Origin: Selaginella moellendorffii
Lineage: Eukaryota > Plantae > Lycopodiophyta
NCBI RefSeq assembly: GCF_000143415.4
Contig: NW_003314370.1
Coordinates: 489,517 to 553,516, forward strand
Length of the DNA stretch: 64,000 nt
Direction: 5' to 3'
Shown here: piece after piece, positions 47,709-61,049 of the stretch
Layout of the letters: each line of letters starts with the position of its first letter
Numbering within the stretch: the first letter of the stretch is position 1
Notes under the pieces: generated by a model
What the model was told of the DNA's origin: nothing
The model's input: the letters and a program-made list of their open reading frames with translations, nothing else
The model's database searches: none
Translations under genes and position numbers: made by a program

Positions 47709-50381
47709 TTTTTTCTATGATTGTTTAGTTGATCAAGATTGTTTAAAGAGATTCAACAATTGAACCAAATGAACTATTTTTAGCCTAATTTCAGTAAGTA
47801 ATAATTCTCTATCTTTCAATCAACAGCTTTGTGAAGGTTGATAATTGATAATCTAGACCAGTAGAAACAATCAAAGATCTTTTACTTACTTTTCAATGTT
47901 ATTCCGTTGAAAACCATTTATGCCCTAAAGGTATATTAAATCTTTATTTAAAAGGGCCTAAAATGGGCTTATCTCTTGCGATGAGAGAAACGTGAGCACA
48001 AGTACTAGACTCGTGCATTTTTAAGTAATTGATTGCCTGCTTGATTGTATTATTTCTATATCTCTTTCTTTTGGGTTAACACCACTATCTCGCATGGATT
48101 CTGGTGTCTTGCTACTTGAGCAGCTGAATGGATCATGCAGTAGGAGATTTCTGAGGGATACCTTCAAAAAGAGGGCCAATGCTTTGTAAATCCTCAAGAT
48201 TCCTCAGCAAAATGAGTTAGGAAAGAAAGAACTTTATCAAAACAAGGTGAAATTTTCTTTTTGTAAGTCTTTTAGGAGTGGTCTTTGTCTTCTTTACACT
48301 ACACTAGGTCAAAGGATTGCACAGGGCATTGGATATAGTTAGAAGACAGATCCAGCACAAGGTGTGTGATTGTCCCTCCTTGTTTTTTCTTTCTTCCTCG
48401 TTTTTCCTTTACATTCACATAAGCTCCCATAGGATAAGAAGGTCTTGAGTAACATCCTGGCTTTGTTAGGTTTTGCAGCTGGTTTCTGAGCAAAGACTTT
48501 CAGCTTGAGCGAGGCTTTGTTGGTTGTTAGGGATGAAATATTTACTAATCTGTATAATTGGAAGTTAGAGTTGAAAGGAGATATAAACAATTTACATTAC
48601 CTTGTAATTAAGAGTGAGGCCACAATGCGTTTTATAAACTTCATTGAGCCTCTGAATTTCGTTTGAATCAACTAGTGGCAAAAATAAAGTACTTCCAAGT
48701 GTTGCTAAATCACCTAACACACTCATGCTTTTCATAATATTAAAAAATAAAAACTTTGGCATGTATCCAACATATAAATTTACTACAATATGATGATATT
48801 GCTCTTCATACTCCAGATGCATATAGAGCTGTGAAAAATATTTTAGAAATAGAAAATTAAATAGAAAAAAAACATTACCATAGTTACATCCAATGGATTA
48901 TCAGAAGAAGCAATCTTTATTTTAGGAAAAATACTAGTGTTGATTACAACAGCATGTATAGCTTGTGGATAAACTCTAGTAGCCATTAAAGATGATATAG
49001 AAGCACCTCTAGTTGGCTGTAATCTTAGTTTAACATGAAAATCATCTATAATTTGAATGATAGAAGAATCTATAATATAAAGAACTTTTTCTGAAGTTCC
49101 ATGGTGGTAAATTGGGTTTTTCTATCGTTCAACCCATCTGAATTGAGAGAATTATAATCTTGTTAATTTTTTTTAAAAAATTATGAACCTTGTAAGTGAG
49201 AAACATTTGCCAACCATAAATTTATTATATAATCACGCACATATGGATGAATTGCCATATACAGTTAAAGTTTGCAAGCCATGCCTATCTGTACAATTCA
49301 TTATATAAGTTAAATATTTTGCACTTCACAGAGTGTTCTTTGCAAGATGAACTTTATAAGTTCCATACCTAGGCAAAAAGAAAATAAACACTACAGAAAA
49401 AAAAGGATTTCAAAACCATATATAGATAAAATCTTCAACTCAAGAATCTTGGTTGAATTTACTTTTTCAAATACAAGTGATGCTATAGTGGCTTTTAGGA
49501 TGGTCAACTTTGTTCTCTTTGCTTGTGAAACTACAAAACCAAAAAGAAATAAATCAAGAAATACTAAAGAATAAAGAGAAAAACCAAACCTTCATAAGAA
49601 TTTGTTTTTGTTGACAAATCCTTAGCGGGTGACGACTGAACAATATCGATAGCACAATCCAAATTTGACATATCTACGTGACTGATTAAATAAAATTACC
49701 TCTAGTTAATTTATATTAGTAAAAAGAGCCAAAAATAAACTAGACTTCACTTTGAAGAATCAACTTTGAGCTAAAAATTAAAATCCGTCAACTTGCCAAA
49801 CTTAGGGTTAGGGTAGACAATAAACCAATTCCGCAGGTGACAAACCTTTTGAACCTTTTCATGTACTGACTCTCCTTGTTGTAAACATCATCCCCAGATA
49901 CTTATCATCATCCAAGCTGAAGCTAGAAGCAGCCTGACTCCACTCCTCAGCAGCTACAATCTCCCTCCCTTCGTCCGTTGCTTTAAAAAAGAGGAAGGAA
50001 TAGGAATAGAAAGATTGTTTTTTGCATGGATTGTCACTGTCCATCAATTTGCTCTTCCCAATGACTCCTCTTTGAAAAGACTCTCCCTCCTCCACTGATC
50101 TTTGTTTTCTACCCACTGCCCACTCACATAATAGGGAGCCATACAAAGGAAGATCTAAGCTCCATCTATGGATGCATTCCAGGTTAATTGATTGATTCTG
50201 GGCAATCAATCAGTACTGCTGTGGTGGGTTTCTGATCCTGGATCATGGCTCTCAGCTCAAACCTCCAGGGAGAGGCAATCCTCAATCAATTCACTAGTTT
50301 AACATGATTTTCTTGACGCTTGCCAAGGACAAGAGCAATCCATTGGAGCCAGTGGAGAATGCAGCGGTTGGGAACGACGAT

Positions 50382-50470
50382 AGCATCGTGATTGATCTTG
50401 AGGGGACCATACTCAAATCCCCAAGTTAGTTTCAATACTTCATGCTTGTCGCAATTGAGGCTAGGAGCCC
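50382..50470 (+). pseudogene. Fragment of a land-plant sn-2 GPAT (N-terminal HAD-like domain)
   Basis: SIVIDLEGTILKSPS*FQYFMLVAIEARSP resembles the GPAT4/6/8 motif DLDGTLL.S.S.FPYFMLVA.EAG. It has an internal stop and is cut by an LTR. Confidence 0.7.
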
Positions 50471-50472
50471 CT

Positions 50473-50625
50473 TATGAGCGCTTATATATACTTAATTATA
50501 AAAGCAGGTATATTAATTGGGGTTTAAACCCTTGTTTATATACAAGAATGAATGAACCAAATTTAGTCCCAAATAAACGGTCCATATGCTTTAGTACTAT
50601 AATAGTGTATTATCTAGGCAGGATA

Positions 50626-50670
<45 letters not shown>

Positions 50671-51430
50671 AACCTTACACCATCCTCCTTTCCGGAAGAT
50701 GAATAAAGTGATCAGGTGGAACATTCAAAACTTTTGTTAGACTATTATAAATTACCACAAGAATTTGAAACTCCCACAAAACTGGTAACAAAGTTACTGA
50801 CAACCATGACTAAAACAAAATCCAAAGCCATCATATAAGCATTAGTCAACTATAAAATTACGATAAATCAATTGTAACTTCGTGTGCAATAGCTAAATGC
50901 TTAAACCAACTTTGAAGCTATAACTTTAAACCAAAATAATCACACCTTACAACACTAAAAGCTCAATCTAATGGAGTAACATTTATAGCCTCAAGTGACA
51001 TATTCTTTGATTAATGACAATGTCGCATGGTAAAAGAAGAAAATGTAATGAAGATTAAAGGAAAGAATAAATAACCTTAAATAACATACTCCTTGATTGA
51101 TAACAACTTAGCATGGTAAAAGAAGAAAATGCAATGAAGATTAAAAGAAAGAGTAAATTTAAGCACAACAATAGCTAAAATTCTAGAACTTGCAAAAAGT
51201 TAATACAAATTTAAATCTAAAAAATAATGAAGAAATAAAAATAAAAAACATGATCCCAAATACTAGAGCAAACATTGCCAAAAACCTCTGCCCGTCAAGG
51301 ATAAATTGCAGTGCCTTTCATCTCCACTAATGTGAGTGTTTAGGATATAAAAATAAATATATTAATTAGGGTTTAAACCCTTACTTATATACAAGAATGA
51401 ATTTAGTCCTAAATAGATGGTTTATAGTCT
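50473..51430 (-). mobile_element. Miniature non-autonomous LTR element (TRIM-like) of the same family as the Gypsy at 34684
   Basis: 5' LTR remnant 51430-51331 ending ACACTCACA; TTAGTGGAGATG at 51330-51319; integrase C-terminal relic; PPT at ~50695-50680; 3' LTR 50679-50473 starting TGTAAGG and containing (TA)n. Confidence 0.7.
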
Positions 51431-52117
51431 AAAAGATTCCAAATGTTTCTCTTATTTGCTTGAATCATAGGATGATCTTTAAGTTCATTTGCTTCTTCTT
51501 CTGGTTTTCCAGCTTCTTTGCTTTGAGCGCAACTTAGAAGGATTAGCAGTTTTCGCTTTCAGGACGGGTGGTGTGTCTCTCATCGTGCATTTGTGGCGGC
51601 GGTAAGGCTTTTCCAGACTTGTGGATGGTAAAGAGAAAGCCAGCCACGCCATAGCCAAGCCAGCACTCGTATACCAGGTTAAAGAGGTCTGTCACTGATA
51701 ATAGATGGATCCAGAGGGAGAGAGAGAGAGAGAGCAGTGGCATCCAACGCCCTTTCAATCAAGCCATCCATCCAAAGTTCTATAATGCTCCACCACGCTG
51801 ATCTTGGATCTCGCCATGGTTACACGCCAGTTGCTCGAGTCATGGCGAGCGAGAGTTTTTGCATTGTGGGGTCACGAAAAACTTCCTTTTTTTTGTCGTC
51901 GCGAGTTGACTGCCTGGAAGTTGAAAGGATCGAAAGCTCTCTCGTCGTGGATAGCATAGATTTCTAGTGTTTTTTCTTCACACTTTCTCGTCGGATCCAT
52001 GGCGGTGGTGGCGCTGTTGCATTGAGCGATCGAGAGCTGCTCTCGCTAATGGGTCATCGAAGAACCCGATCTCTAGCGAGGAAAAGTGAGGATAGATTGG
52101 CGGAAGCAAGACTGGAT

Positions 52118-52945
52118 ATGGTGGTGGTGATGGTGTTCTTCCTTTCCCTGGCTTTACCCGTTGAGAGCTCCGAGAACGATGATGTGCTGGGACTCATCGT
52201 CTTCAAGGCGGATCTTCACGACCCACGACGAGCGCTGGCCTCCTGGAGCGAGGATTCGGCGAGCCCGCGTAACTGGACCGGGATCCAGTGTAGCCCACAA
52301 TCCGGGACAGTCACCCAAGTCACGCTCGATGGCCTGGAGCTCTCGGGACCGCTGGGACGGGGCCTCCTCAAGCTCGACCACCTCCAGGTGCTCTCGCTCG
52401 CCAGGAACAATCTCTCCGCGGATTCGCGTGCTCGAATCCTTGCGAAACCTGAGCTTGAGCCACAACGCTCTCTCGGGTCCCCTCCCTGGAGCCAGCCTCG
52501 CCAGTTTGGAGCTCCGGGAGTGTGCCCACCCGAGCTCTTCGCCCATTGGTCCAAGTCCCTGAGGTACGTGTTTCTGCAGCTCGAGGGCGATCTCCCGGAC
52601 TCCATCGCCAGCTGCGAGAGCTTGGAAGCTCTGGGAGCGTCCGAGAACCGGCTCTCGGGCTCCATCCCAGCCGGAGTTGGATCGCTGTCCCGGCTGAGCT
52701 CCCTCGACCTCTCGCACAACTCGTTGAGCGGGGAGATCCCTCCGGAGCTTGGCCAGTGTCAAATGCTGGTGAGCTTGGATCTGAGCTACAACCTCCTGTC
52801 CGGAGAAATCCCGTCCTTCCTCGAGAGCTTGTCGCGGCTGGAAGTTCTTCGCTTGCCTGGGAACTCTTTCTCTGGTGGCGTGCCCGAGTGGATCGTCCGG
52901 AGCTCCAGGAGCTCAACCTCGCGGAGAACGATCTCCGGGTGATAG
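52118..52945 (+). pseudogene. IRK/PXC2-like (LRR-RLK VII) ectodomain fragment, frameshifted, without TM or kinase domain
   Basis: Signal peptide; NDDVLGLIVFKADLHDP...SWSED; cap Cys replaced (SPRNW); LRRs split across frames. Confidence 0.85.
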
Positions 52946-53376
52946 ATTCATGCGGAAAAGATTGTCGATAGGACCACGTAGGGCTGGATAATGGCGTGTC
53001 AAAATATACGCTTATTGCTGCGCTTTGTGGAGGATTAGATTCTTCCATGGAATTATTTGAAGATTTTGGGGAATTGGCAAGCAAGGTTCCCAGTCCACTG
53101 GATTGAAAGTGGCAGCGATGGCTAATTCGCGTCTAGCTTCTCTCTTTATCGCTGGCACGGATGGCCACGGACTCCAATACTTTATATATTTTGGCTTTTT
53201 ACCATTTTTTGGAGCTCCTTTAATAAAAAGTGTTCAAGTAATAAAAGGCCCTTATTTGTCACGATCATAAATTACATTCCTTCAATTCCATATGCATTTG
53301 AACAGTATCAAGAATATTCCTCTAAAAAGGGCGAAGTTCCTTATATAAAGCCCTACACCCAACGCTACAGCGATGT

Positions 53377-54009
53377 ATGGCACAATTAGAAGCTCAACAC
53401 GTTGACAAGGTAGGCAAGCCGACTTTGATCCTCGACTTGGACGGCACACTGATTGCAACGTCTCGGCAAGCGGGGCTACACGCGAAGCTCGATTTTGTGG
53501 TGGAGTTTGATCCTCAAGAACAGCCCGTCTGGGTTTGCAAGCGCCCTGGTCTGGATGATTTCCTCAGCAAAGCATCGCAGCTTTTCGAGGTGGTGGTGTT
53601 CAGCCTGGGGAAGAGAGCGTACGTGGAGAAGATGCGGGAGAAGATCGATCCCAGTGGCTCGCTGGTGGCGTTTTGGCTGTCCAGGGACTCTTGCAGTGGC
53701 AGTGATGCCATCAAGGAGTACAAGGACTTGAACAGCCCGAGCTTTGGGAGGGATTTGCGCAGGGTGGTGTGGGTGGATGATTTCCGGGATTCTTTCCGAA
53801 TGAACCTGGAGAGCGGGATTGTGGTGCCAATGTTTCGGAACAGCAGCAGTGGCAACGATCGGGTGCTCATGGATTTGTGGCCGCATCTGGAAACACTTGC
53901 AACTTATGGGCCTGATGTGGATGTGAGGGCTGCTCTGCTCTCACTGCCGCTCCCTCTGCTCGAATCCAACCTTGCCAGGGCAATCAGTCGCCCCAAGCTG
54001 TGCATGTAA
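53377..54009 (+). CDS. NIF/FCP1-homology HAD phosphatase (copy B)
   Basis: Translation identical to 40491-41123. Confidence 0.9.
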   Translation: MAQLEAQHVDKVGKPTLILDLDGTLIATSRQAGLHAKLDFVVEFDPQEQPVWVCKRPGLDDFLSKASQLFEVVVFSLGKRAYVEKMREKIDPSGSLVAFWLSRDSCSGSDAIKEYKDLNSPSFGRDLRRVVWVDDFRDSFRMNLESGIVVPMFRNSSSGNDRVLMDLWPHLETLATYGPDVDVRAALLSLPLPLLESNLARAISRPKLCM

Positions 54010-54651
54010 TCCTACTGTGGTTATATATGATAAAAAGCTATGCCACGCAGAATCTTACAAGGCCGAGCAAAGCATGGCATGTAGAGGGGAGAAAATCGGA
54101 AGGAAAGGGTGTGGCTCGTTTCTCGATATGCTTGCTTGTGAAACTCTTTAATCCTTTTTGCTTCTCGTACACTGCTAGAGTAGAAGAGAGGAGCAGGATG
54201 CCGCACGGGGTCTTTTGTACGAGAGAGACAGCTCCGGCGACAAGAGATGTGAGGGGACTGCTTCTTCACAATCACTTGACATCTTTTCAAGTTCCTGATT
54301 CTGCTCGGTTCCTTGTCCCCGAGATCCATGGAGCGGGGGCTGGAATTGGCTGTGTCATTGTGCAGTCTCTTCATCTTACAGCATTTGCCCAGAGGCGGGA
54401 TCCGGTGCGACGAAGCTGGTAAGGATCCAATCTTCCCTGTACATGTCACTCGCAAGACTGAAAATACCACGAAGCCCGCGCGTTCCGATCTGACCTGTTT
54501 CTCTTTTTTGCCCCTTGGTTTCAGTCACGACGGATGCCGCGCGGGGCCGCGCTGCACGGGCTACGGGCTGGACGGGCGGCAGTGACGTGCGTCACTTTTG
54601 CGCGTTGGCATATTTCTAGGGAGCGTGGGTATATTCCTTCTTGTGCAAGCG

Positions 54652-57122
54652 ATGGCGCCGGGAGCAAGCGCTGACGATCGCGCTCGGGGCGAAGGCGATG
54701 GTGCTCCGGGCGACGGCGATCGGGATGCCGTGGCTCTGGACATTGGTAATGTGCTTAGCAGCATTTCTTTGTTCCTCATCCTCATGGATCCATGTTTTGG
54801 TCTGTCCAGGGGTCTCTATGGTCCGGGTCGCGCGTTTCTTGCCGACTCCCATGGCGGGATCGGATCTCCCCTGCCGTGGAGGCTACCTCGAGCTCAAAGA
54901 ATTCTCGACAATCCGTGAGTGTCTTGACGCGCTGCAATCCCAAGGCATCACAACGATTAAGGTCTCTAGCTCATTGAATTTTCTCGCCTCGTAGCATTTG
55001 CCATTACACAGGCCACGGGGGAGGGGGTTTTCCGGCACTCCCGCATCTTCGAAGAGCACTTGGGCATTCAACTGGAAATCCTACCCGACATGGAGTGCTT
55101 AGTAGCAGGAGCAACGTTCATGCTACAGGACGCAAAAAATCAGCAGGAACATCCTTTATTCCCGTTCCTGCTCGTCAACTTTGGCACAGGCGTGAACATG
55201 ATCAAGGTCAGGGGTCTTTCTCCACAAAAGTAGCTCCACAAAAGAAGCTAACGTGAACCTACAGGTGGAAGGCCATAATGTTTTCAAAAGAGTTTCGGGC
55301 ACGACCATAGGTGGCGGTGCACTGCGCGGCCTCTCATCGCTTGCAACTTCCTGTCAAAGGTGAAACAGCAATATTCTAATGTTAACATGAAATTTTTTTG
55401 GTGTTTTTTTCTAGTTTTCAAAGCTTTTTGGACTTGTGCTCCAATGGAGAAAGTACTGGAGTGGATTTGCTCGTCACAGATATGCATGGGACCACGTCAA
55501 CAGAGGTAAGAACAGTGTTTTTTTTATCTAAACGTTATTCTTTTCTTTTTTACCAATAGGCCAAGCTCCCGCACTCGGCCATAGCTGCGAGTCTTGGAAA
55601 ATTGAGCTGGGGTGAATCCACAGGGCATTGGCGAGAGGAGGACATTGCTATGTCACTCCTTCGGATGATAGTGAACAACATCTCCCAGATAGCTTCGCTC
55701 ACCGCTGCCGGACAGAACGTGAAGAAGACTGTGTTCACCGGAAGCTTTTTGCGTGGCCCCGTGGTAAACGTGCTGAGATCTGCGATGCAGTTCTGGTCTC
55801 CGGCAGCACAGCCAGTTTTCCTCCACAGCGATTACCTCAAAACGGCCGGTGCATTCTTGGCAGGGCCTCGGTGTTGCTCCACTCCTCCCATGACTAAAAA
55901 GGTACATTCCATTTTTGGCTACACACAACGATTGCGTTACTCCTCCTCCAGGGATACACTCCTCCTCATTTGAGGAGGGCACCGGAGCCACTTTCAGCTG
56001 CAACCAAGGATGAGCTGAGCTCAACATTGCTCAATGCCGCGCGATGCCTCAAGGCGTCCGGAGTAAGCGTTTGTTTTGAGTTGTCACAGTGTTTCTCTAA
56101 TTGTATGTGTAGGATTTGTCGGAGAGGACGTTTAATTACATTGTCAAGGATCTCTGCGGCGGTGAGCTGGGAACAAAGCACATCAACACCAAGTTCAATG
56201 AAGAATTCACGTTGATCAAACAGCTTGGAAGAGGTGCTGACGGTGTGGTTTACATGTGCCGACACAAGTTTGACGGACAAGTGTACGCGGTAAAGCAGGT
56301 GAGCTTGGAGTGTATGTCATGAACCAAAGCTCTCTAATCTATGCTTTGCAGATCCATGTCCGGAAAGACCTTGAGAGTGTCATGAAGGAAGCAAGAACAC
56401 TTTCAACTCTGGCTCATGCAAACATTGTGAAATATCATACTTCTTGGTGGGAGGAGCAGCCTGGTGGGGGTTGTGTGGTGTACATCCAAATGCAATACTG
56501 CACGAGGTACCAGTGTGTAAAATCTTTCCCTTTTTTTTTTTTTTTTTTCCTTTTTTCGAGCTGACAAGCCATTTTTACAGCTCGTTAAAAGATATGCTGG
56601 AAGATCCAAAAGCCTTGATCCCGGTGGCAGCGTTCAACGAGCTCGTTCAAGCTGTTGAGTACCTGCATGAAAAAAAAATCATTCACAGAGACATCGCTCC
56701 GAAGAATATCTTTTTCGACGACTATAATCGCCTGAAACTGGGAGATTTCGGGCTGGGTACGTAGTTTTCTAGTTTCCTCCTTGCCAGAGGTTCTCATATT
56801 TATTTTTCCAGCGAAGAAGAAGTTGTCGCTCCCGAGAGAGGGTGGGAAAGTTGGGACAGGCATGTACTCCTCGCCAAAGCAACTCGAGAATGAGATGGCT
56901 TCCGATATTTTCAGCCTGGGGATGATACTTTTCGAGCTCAATTGCCGCTTCTCACCCGAGAACCAAGACAGAGACTCCACGATGCAGCTGGCTAAGGATG
57001 GCATCTTCCCAAAGGAGTGGGAAATTGCAAACCAGGAATTGGCAGAGAAGATTCGGAGCATGCTACATCCAAACAGGAGCCTCAGGCCGACAGCCAGCCA
57101 GATCCTGGCTTCTCTCCCGTAG
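54652..57122 (+). CDS. PanK-like / GCN2-type kinase fusion (copy B)
   Basis: Same exons as copy A shifted by +12,886; identical ORF-track translations. Confidence 0.88.
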
Positions 57123-57745
57123 AAACAACATTCCATTAGAGAATGTAATGGACCTCAGTCCCACTTTCTCACCTCCGCGGGCTAATGGCTGTCCCCTGGT
57201 GCTAGGCTCATTCTCCACCGATCAACTTCAAGCTTCCAGCAAAATGGAATGCTTTCTCGAGGTCAAAAACCAGATCAACGACCGGTGTGAAGACCAAAGA
57301 CGACCGGAGACCACGTTGGCCTCTACCCAAATGGTTGCTTCTACAATTGCATGCATGATCCATGCAATTTTGGCTCGCCTCGCTAGAGCTTGCACTGCAG
57401 CAAAAGGTGGCGGAGAGGTTGCAAAACCTTTGGCCACCACTTATTTTGAGAAAATGAGAATAAGCACACACTCAAATTTGAATAGATAAAGCTTGATCAC
57501 TAACACTGCAACATGTTGATAAGTTATGCTACCAAAGTAGAAAATTAAAAGGCATACATGCAATTGTCATCCACAAATCATTGCCCAGTGGGATTGGAAG
57601 AAGTGGTATGGCAATTCCTTGCAGATTTAACAAAATTTATGCTAGAAATTATTGTGAATAAGTTTTTTGGACAAAAGAGAGTTGAATCTAGTAAATAAAA
57701 TTGCTGTGTGTTGCATTGCATGGTTTGCTTTTGTTTTTATATTTT

Positions 57746-60468
57746 TTATTAGGATGTATAATTTGTTATGATCTGTCCAATATGCAGGTCCTATTCCTGC
57801 TTTTGTATATATTATATCTTTTATCCATATATGATCTATTAATTTATTATTACATGTGTTGTGCTTTATTATTTATATGCATCCTTCTTTCTCCATTATT
57901 GTTCGAAGTGGTTTTGCTTCTTCTTTTTGGTAGTCAATATTGAAATCTCCTGTAATTATTACTGGCTTTTTATTATCTATTTTCTGTATATATTTTTGTA
58001 GTTGTTTTATGAATATTTGTATATTTGTTCCAGGTTTTCTATGTAAATTTTTTATCTTTAATTTTTAAATTTTTTTTTCTAGTGATACATATGACATTGC
58101 CAATGTTTCTGTTTTTAGATGTTCTATGATTTATAGTCATTTGTATGCAATGTTCATGTATATATGATTTATATTTATTAAAATTTAAATCCTCATGTTT
58201 TTGTGTTCTTACTTCTTGCATACATATCATATCTGATGTTAATAATTGTGAATCACTCTCTATATCGTCTTTATGTGCAGTAATAGATGTTGTATTTAGA
58301 ACTTGTATAATTGTTTGGTTAGCTATTTTTTCTTCTTGTAAATCTATTAAATCAATTTGCCATAGTGCTTCTGTTGTCATTCTTAATATTTCTTTAGCTG
58401 CATCTTTATTGATTTTAATATGTTTATGTTCAATTGGTCTATATAAATGTATACCTTTTAGTGTTTGTGCTCTTGATAATGCTGTATATGCTTGTCCTAG
58501 ATATTTTGTTTTATATGAGTCATATCCTAATTGCATAACTGTTGATCCTTGTGCTCTATGTGTTGTTCTTCTTGCGCATGGTTGTACTGGAAATTGGGTT
58601 CTACTTATAACATAATTTTTATTTTTAGTAATATTTATTATTCTTGTTTTTTTTATTGGTGTCCAGTTTTTTTTTTCATTATTTTGGTTTATTGTTATGT
58701 TTTCTTTAGCTCTTGTTTTTTCACCTGTTTTTATATTTGGGAATTCTATCCACATTATTTGTTTTTCTTCAATCTGGGTTACATCTTGTACTACTCCATT
58801 TGCTCCATTTACTAATCCATCTTTTGTTGTTGTATTTTGTGTTATTTCAATTGCCATGTTGTTTTTTCAAATGTAATATTTCATGTAGTCCTTGTGTTTT
58901 TTTTGTGTTATCTGGCAGCATGAAATGTGTAGGACAGGAATTTCCATGTTTGTCTTGTGCTTTTATAATTATATCTTGACTTTTTGTTGTATTGTTTTTT
59001 CATTATGTGTTTTTACTTGTTCATTAGTTGCAAATATCGAATAGTATTCTGTGTTATATGTATCTGTGGTGACTTGTTTCTTTATATATTCTAGCTCTTT
59101 ATCTGTTTGTTCTCATATTTTTATTTTATTTAAAGCTTTTATAAAGATTATATCATCTTTTTGCCTCATTATTTTAGTAAGTTCATAAACTTTAATATTA
59201 TTTTTCCATGGGTGGTATATAGAGACATTATTTTCAGGTCCATATGTTTTTGTTGAATAAATTGGTGCTTCAAATATATGATTGAATTGATAGAAATCAC
59301 TTGTAAATAAACAATCCATCCCACCAAAGTTTATTCCATATGTTGTTTTGAAACTTTCACATCTTCTACTTATATCTTGTAGCATTTCTGCACTTACCAT
59401 TGATATTTTATCTATTACTAAACAATTTATTATTGAAAACTTTCTCTTATATTTATCTAATGTGTCATTTGTTAATATTGTTTGACGTTGTTTTGATGCT
59501 TATGGTCGAAATATAAAAGCTGAATGTATTGTTGAACCATTTATATTACAAACTACTTTCCTGTAGGTGGTGTTATTAATACTGTTTGTCGTGGTTCATT
59601 ATTTATATCTTGGTTTATCATTTGAGTGCTTTTATAAGTGTATTTAAAAGCATTAATTTTCCAATTTCTACTCTTGTTAAAAATAAGCACAGCTGTTTGT
59701 TAGGTTTTTTTATTTTTTTCAATATGAAGTTATCATGTATTATTCTTTGCTTTTTATTTAGAGTTCTTAATAATTGGTGATATTTAATAGTTTCTATAAG
59801 GTATTCATCTTGTATTATAATTTTTGTATTTGTTAATATTTATATTTTATATTTAAATTTAAGTTTTTTTATTTTTTATTTGAAATAAATCTTTCCCTAT
59901 ATCAAATTCATTTGTTTGGTTTGTATTTATTTCTTGTATATATTGTGCTTGTTCTTTTAATATTTTATTTGCTTCTTGTTCTGGATTCTCCCAATTAAAT
60001 TCACTCTCATTTGTTGCTTTTTTATATATGTATTGATATTGTTTTTCATTTATTTGTTCCATATTTTGCTTCATATGAATTCATATATTTTGTGTATATT
60101 TCTTTAAGATCTTCTTCTTTTCTAAATTTTTTATGTAAGATTAATCTTTCAAAAGCCCATTTTCTGGATCTTTTTCTTTACTAAAGTTTATATATTTAAT
60201 TATATTGTTTTTTTAATGTTTTTGTGTTGTTAATTATTTTTCAATTATATATTCAGTTGTTATCTCTGCTAATGTTAAATCTTCTAATTCTTTATGTTTT
60301 TCTTTGGATATGTTAATAGTTTTTATTTGCTCATTTTTATTCTTTCTTGATAAATAATAGTATCTAGAAACAATTTGCTGCTCAGTTAAATCAATATTAA
60401 TATTTTATTTTAGTTATTTTGCTTTTTTATTTGCAAATCCTTGAATTGATAACAATTTTGCATCTAGA
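57746..60468 (-). mobile_element. Helentron remnant (copy B), with a longer intact PIF1-endonuclease ORF at 58039-58857
   Basis: DGLVNGANG, RTQFPVQPCARRTTHRAQG, QAYTALSRA followed in frame by VLNTTSITAHKDDIESD...SDMICMQEV. Confidence 0.87.
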
Positions 60469-61049
60469 AGTTCTGCCATTCAAATTTTTTCTTTGTCATA
60501 ATTTTTCCCTTTATACTTAAATGCCATTATTGCCCTTAATGTCCTTACACCCACCGGATATATGGGTGCATCAAGATTAATTTTCTCTAAGATTGTTTAA
60601 AGAGATTCAACAATCGAACCGAATGAACTATTTTTAGCCTAATTTCAGTAAGTAATAATTCTCTATCTTTCAATCAATAGCTTTGTGAGGGTTGTTAATT
60701 GATAATCTAGACCAGTAGAAACAATCAAAAATCTTTTACTTACTTTTCAATGTTATTCCTTTGAAAGCCATTTATGCCCTAAAGCTATATTAAATTTTTA
60801 TTTAAAAGGGCCTAAAATGGGATTATCTCTTGCGATGAGAGAAACGTGAGCACAAGTACTAGACTCATGCATTCTTAAGTAATTGACTGCCTGCTCGATT
60901 GTATTATTTTTAGATCTCTTTCTTTTGGGTTAACGCCACTATCTCGCATGGATTCTGGGGCCTTGCTGCTTGAGCATCTGAATGGATCATGCAGTAGGAG
61001 ATTTCTGAGGGATACCTTCAAAAAGAGGGTTAATGCTTTGTAAATCCTC

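Larger units (their letters stand above)
39808..49374 (+). repeat. Segmental duplication, copy A
   Basis: Matches 52694-63990. ORF-track translations are identical at offset 12,886 from 40491 to ~45057. Copy A lacks ~1.8 kb present at ~61326-63125. Confidence 0.95.

Noticed and set aside
49801-49814. TTAGGGTTAGGG as an interstitial telomere
   Set aside because: Only two units; indistinguishable from a telo-box or chance.
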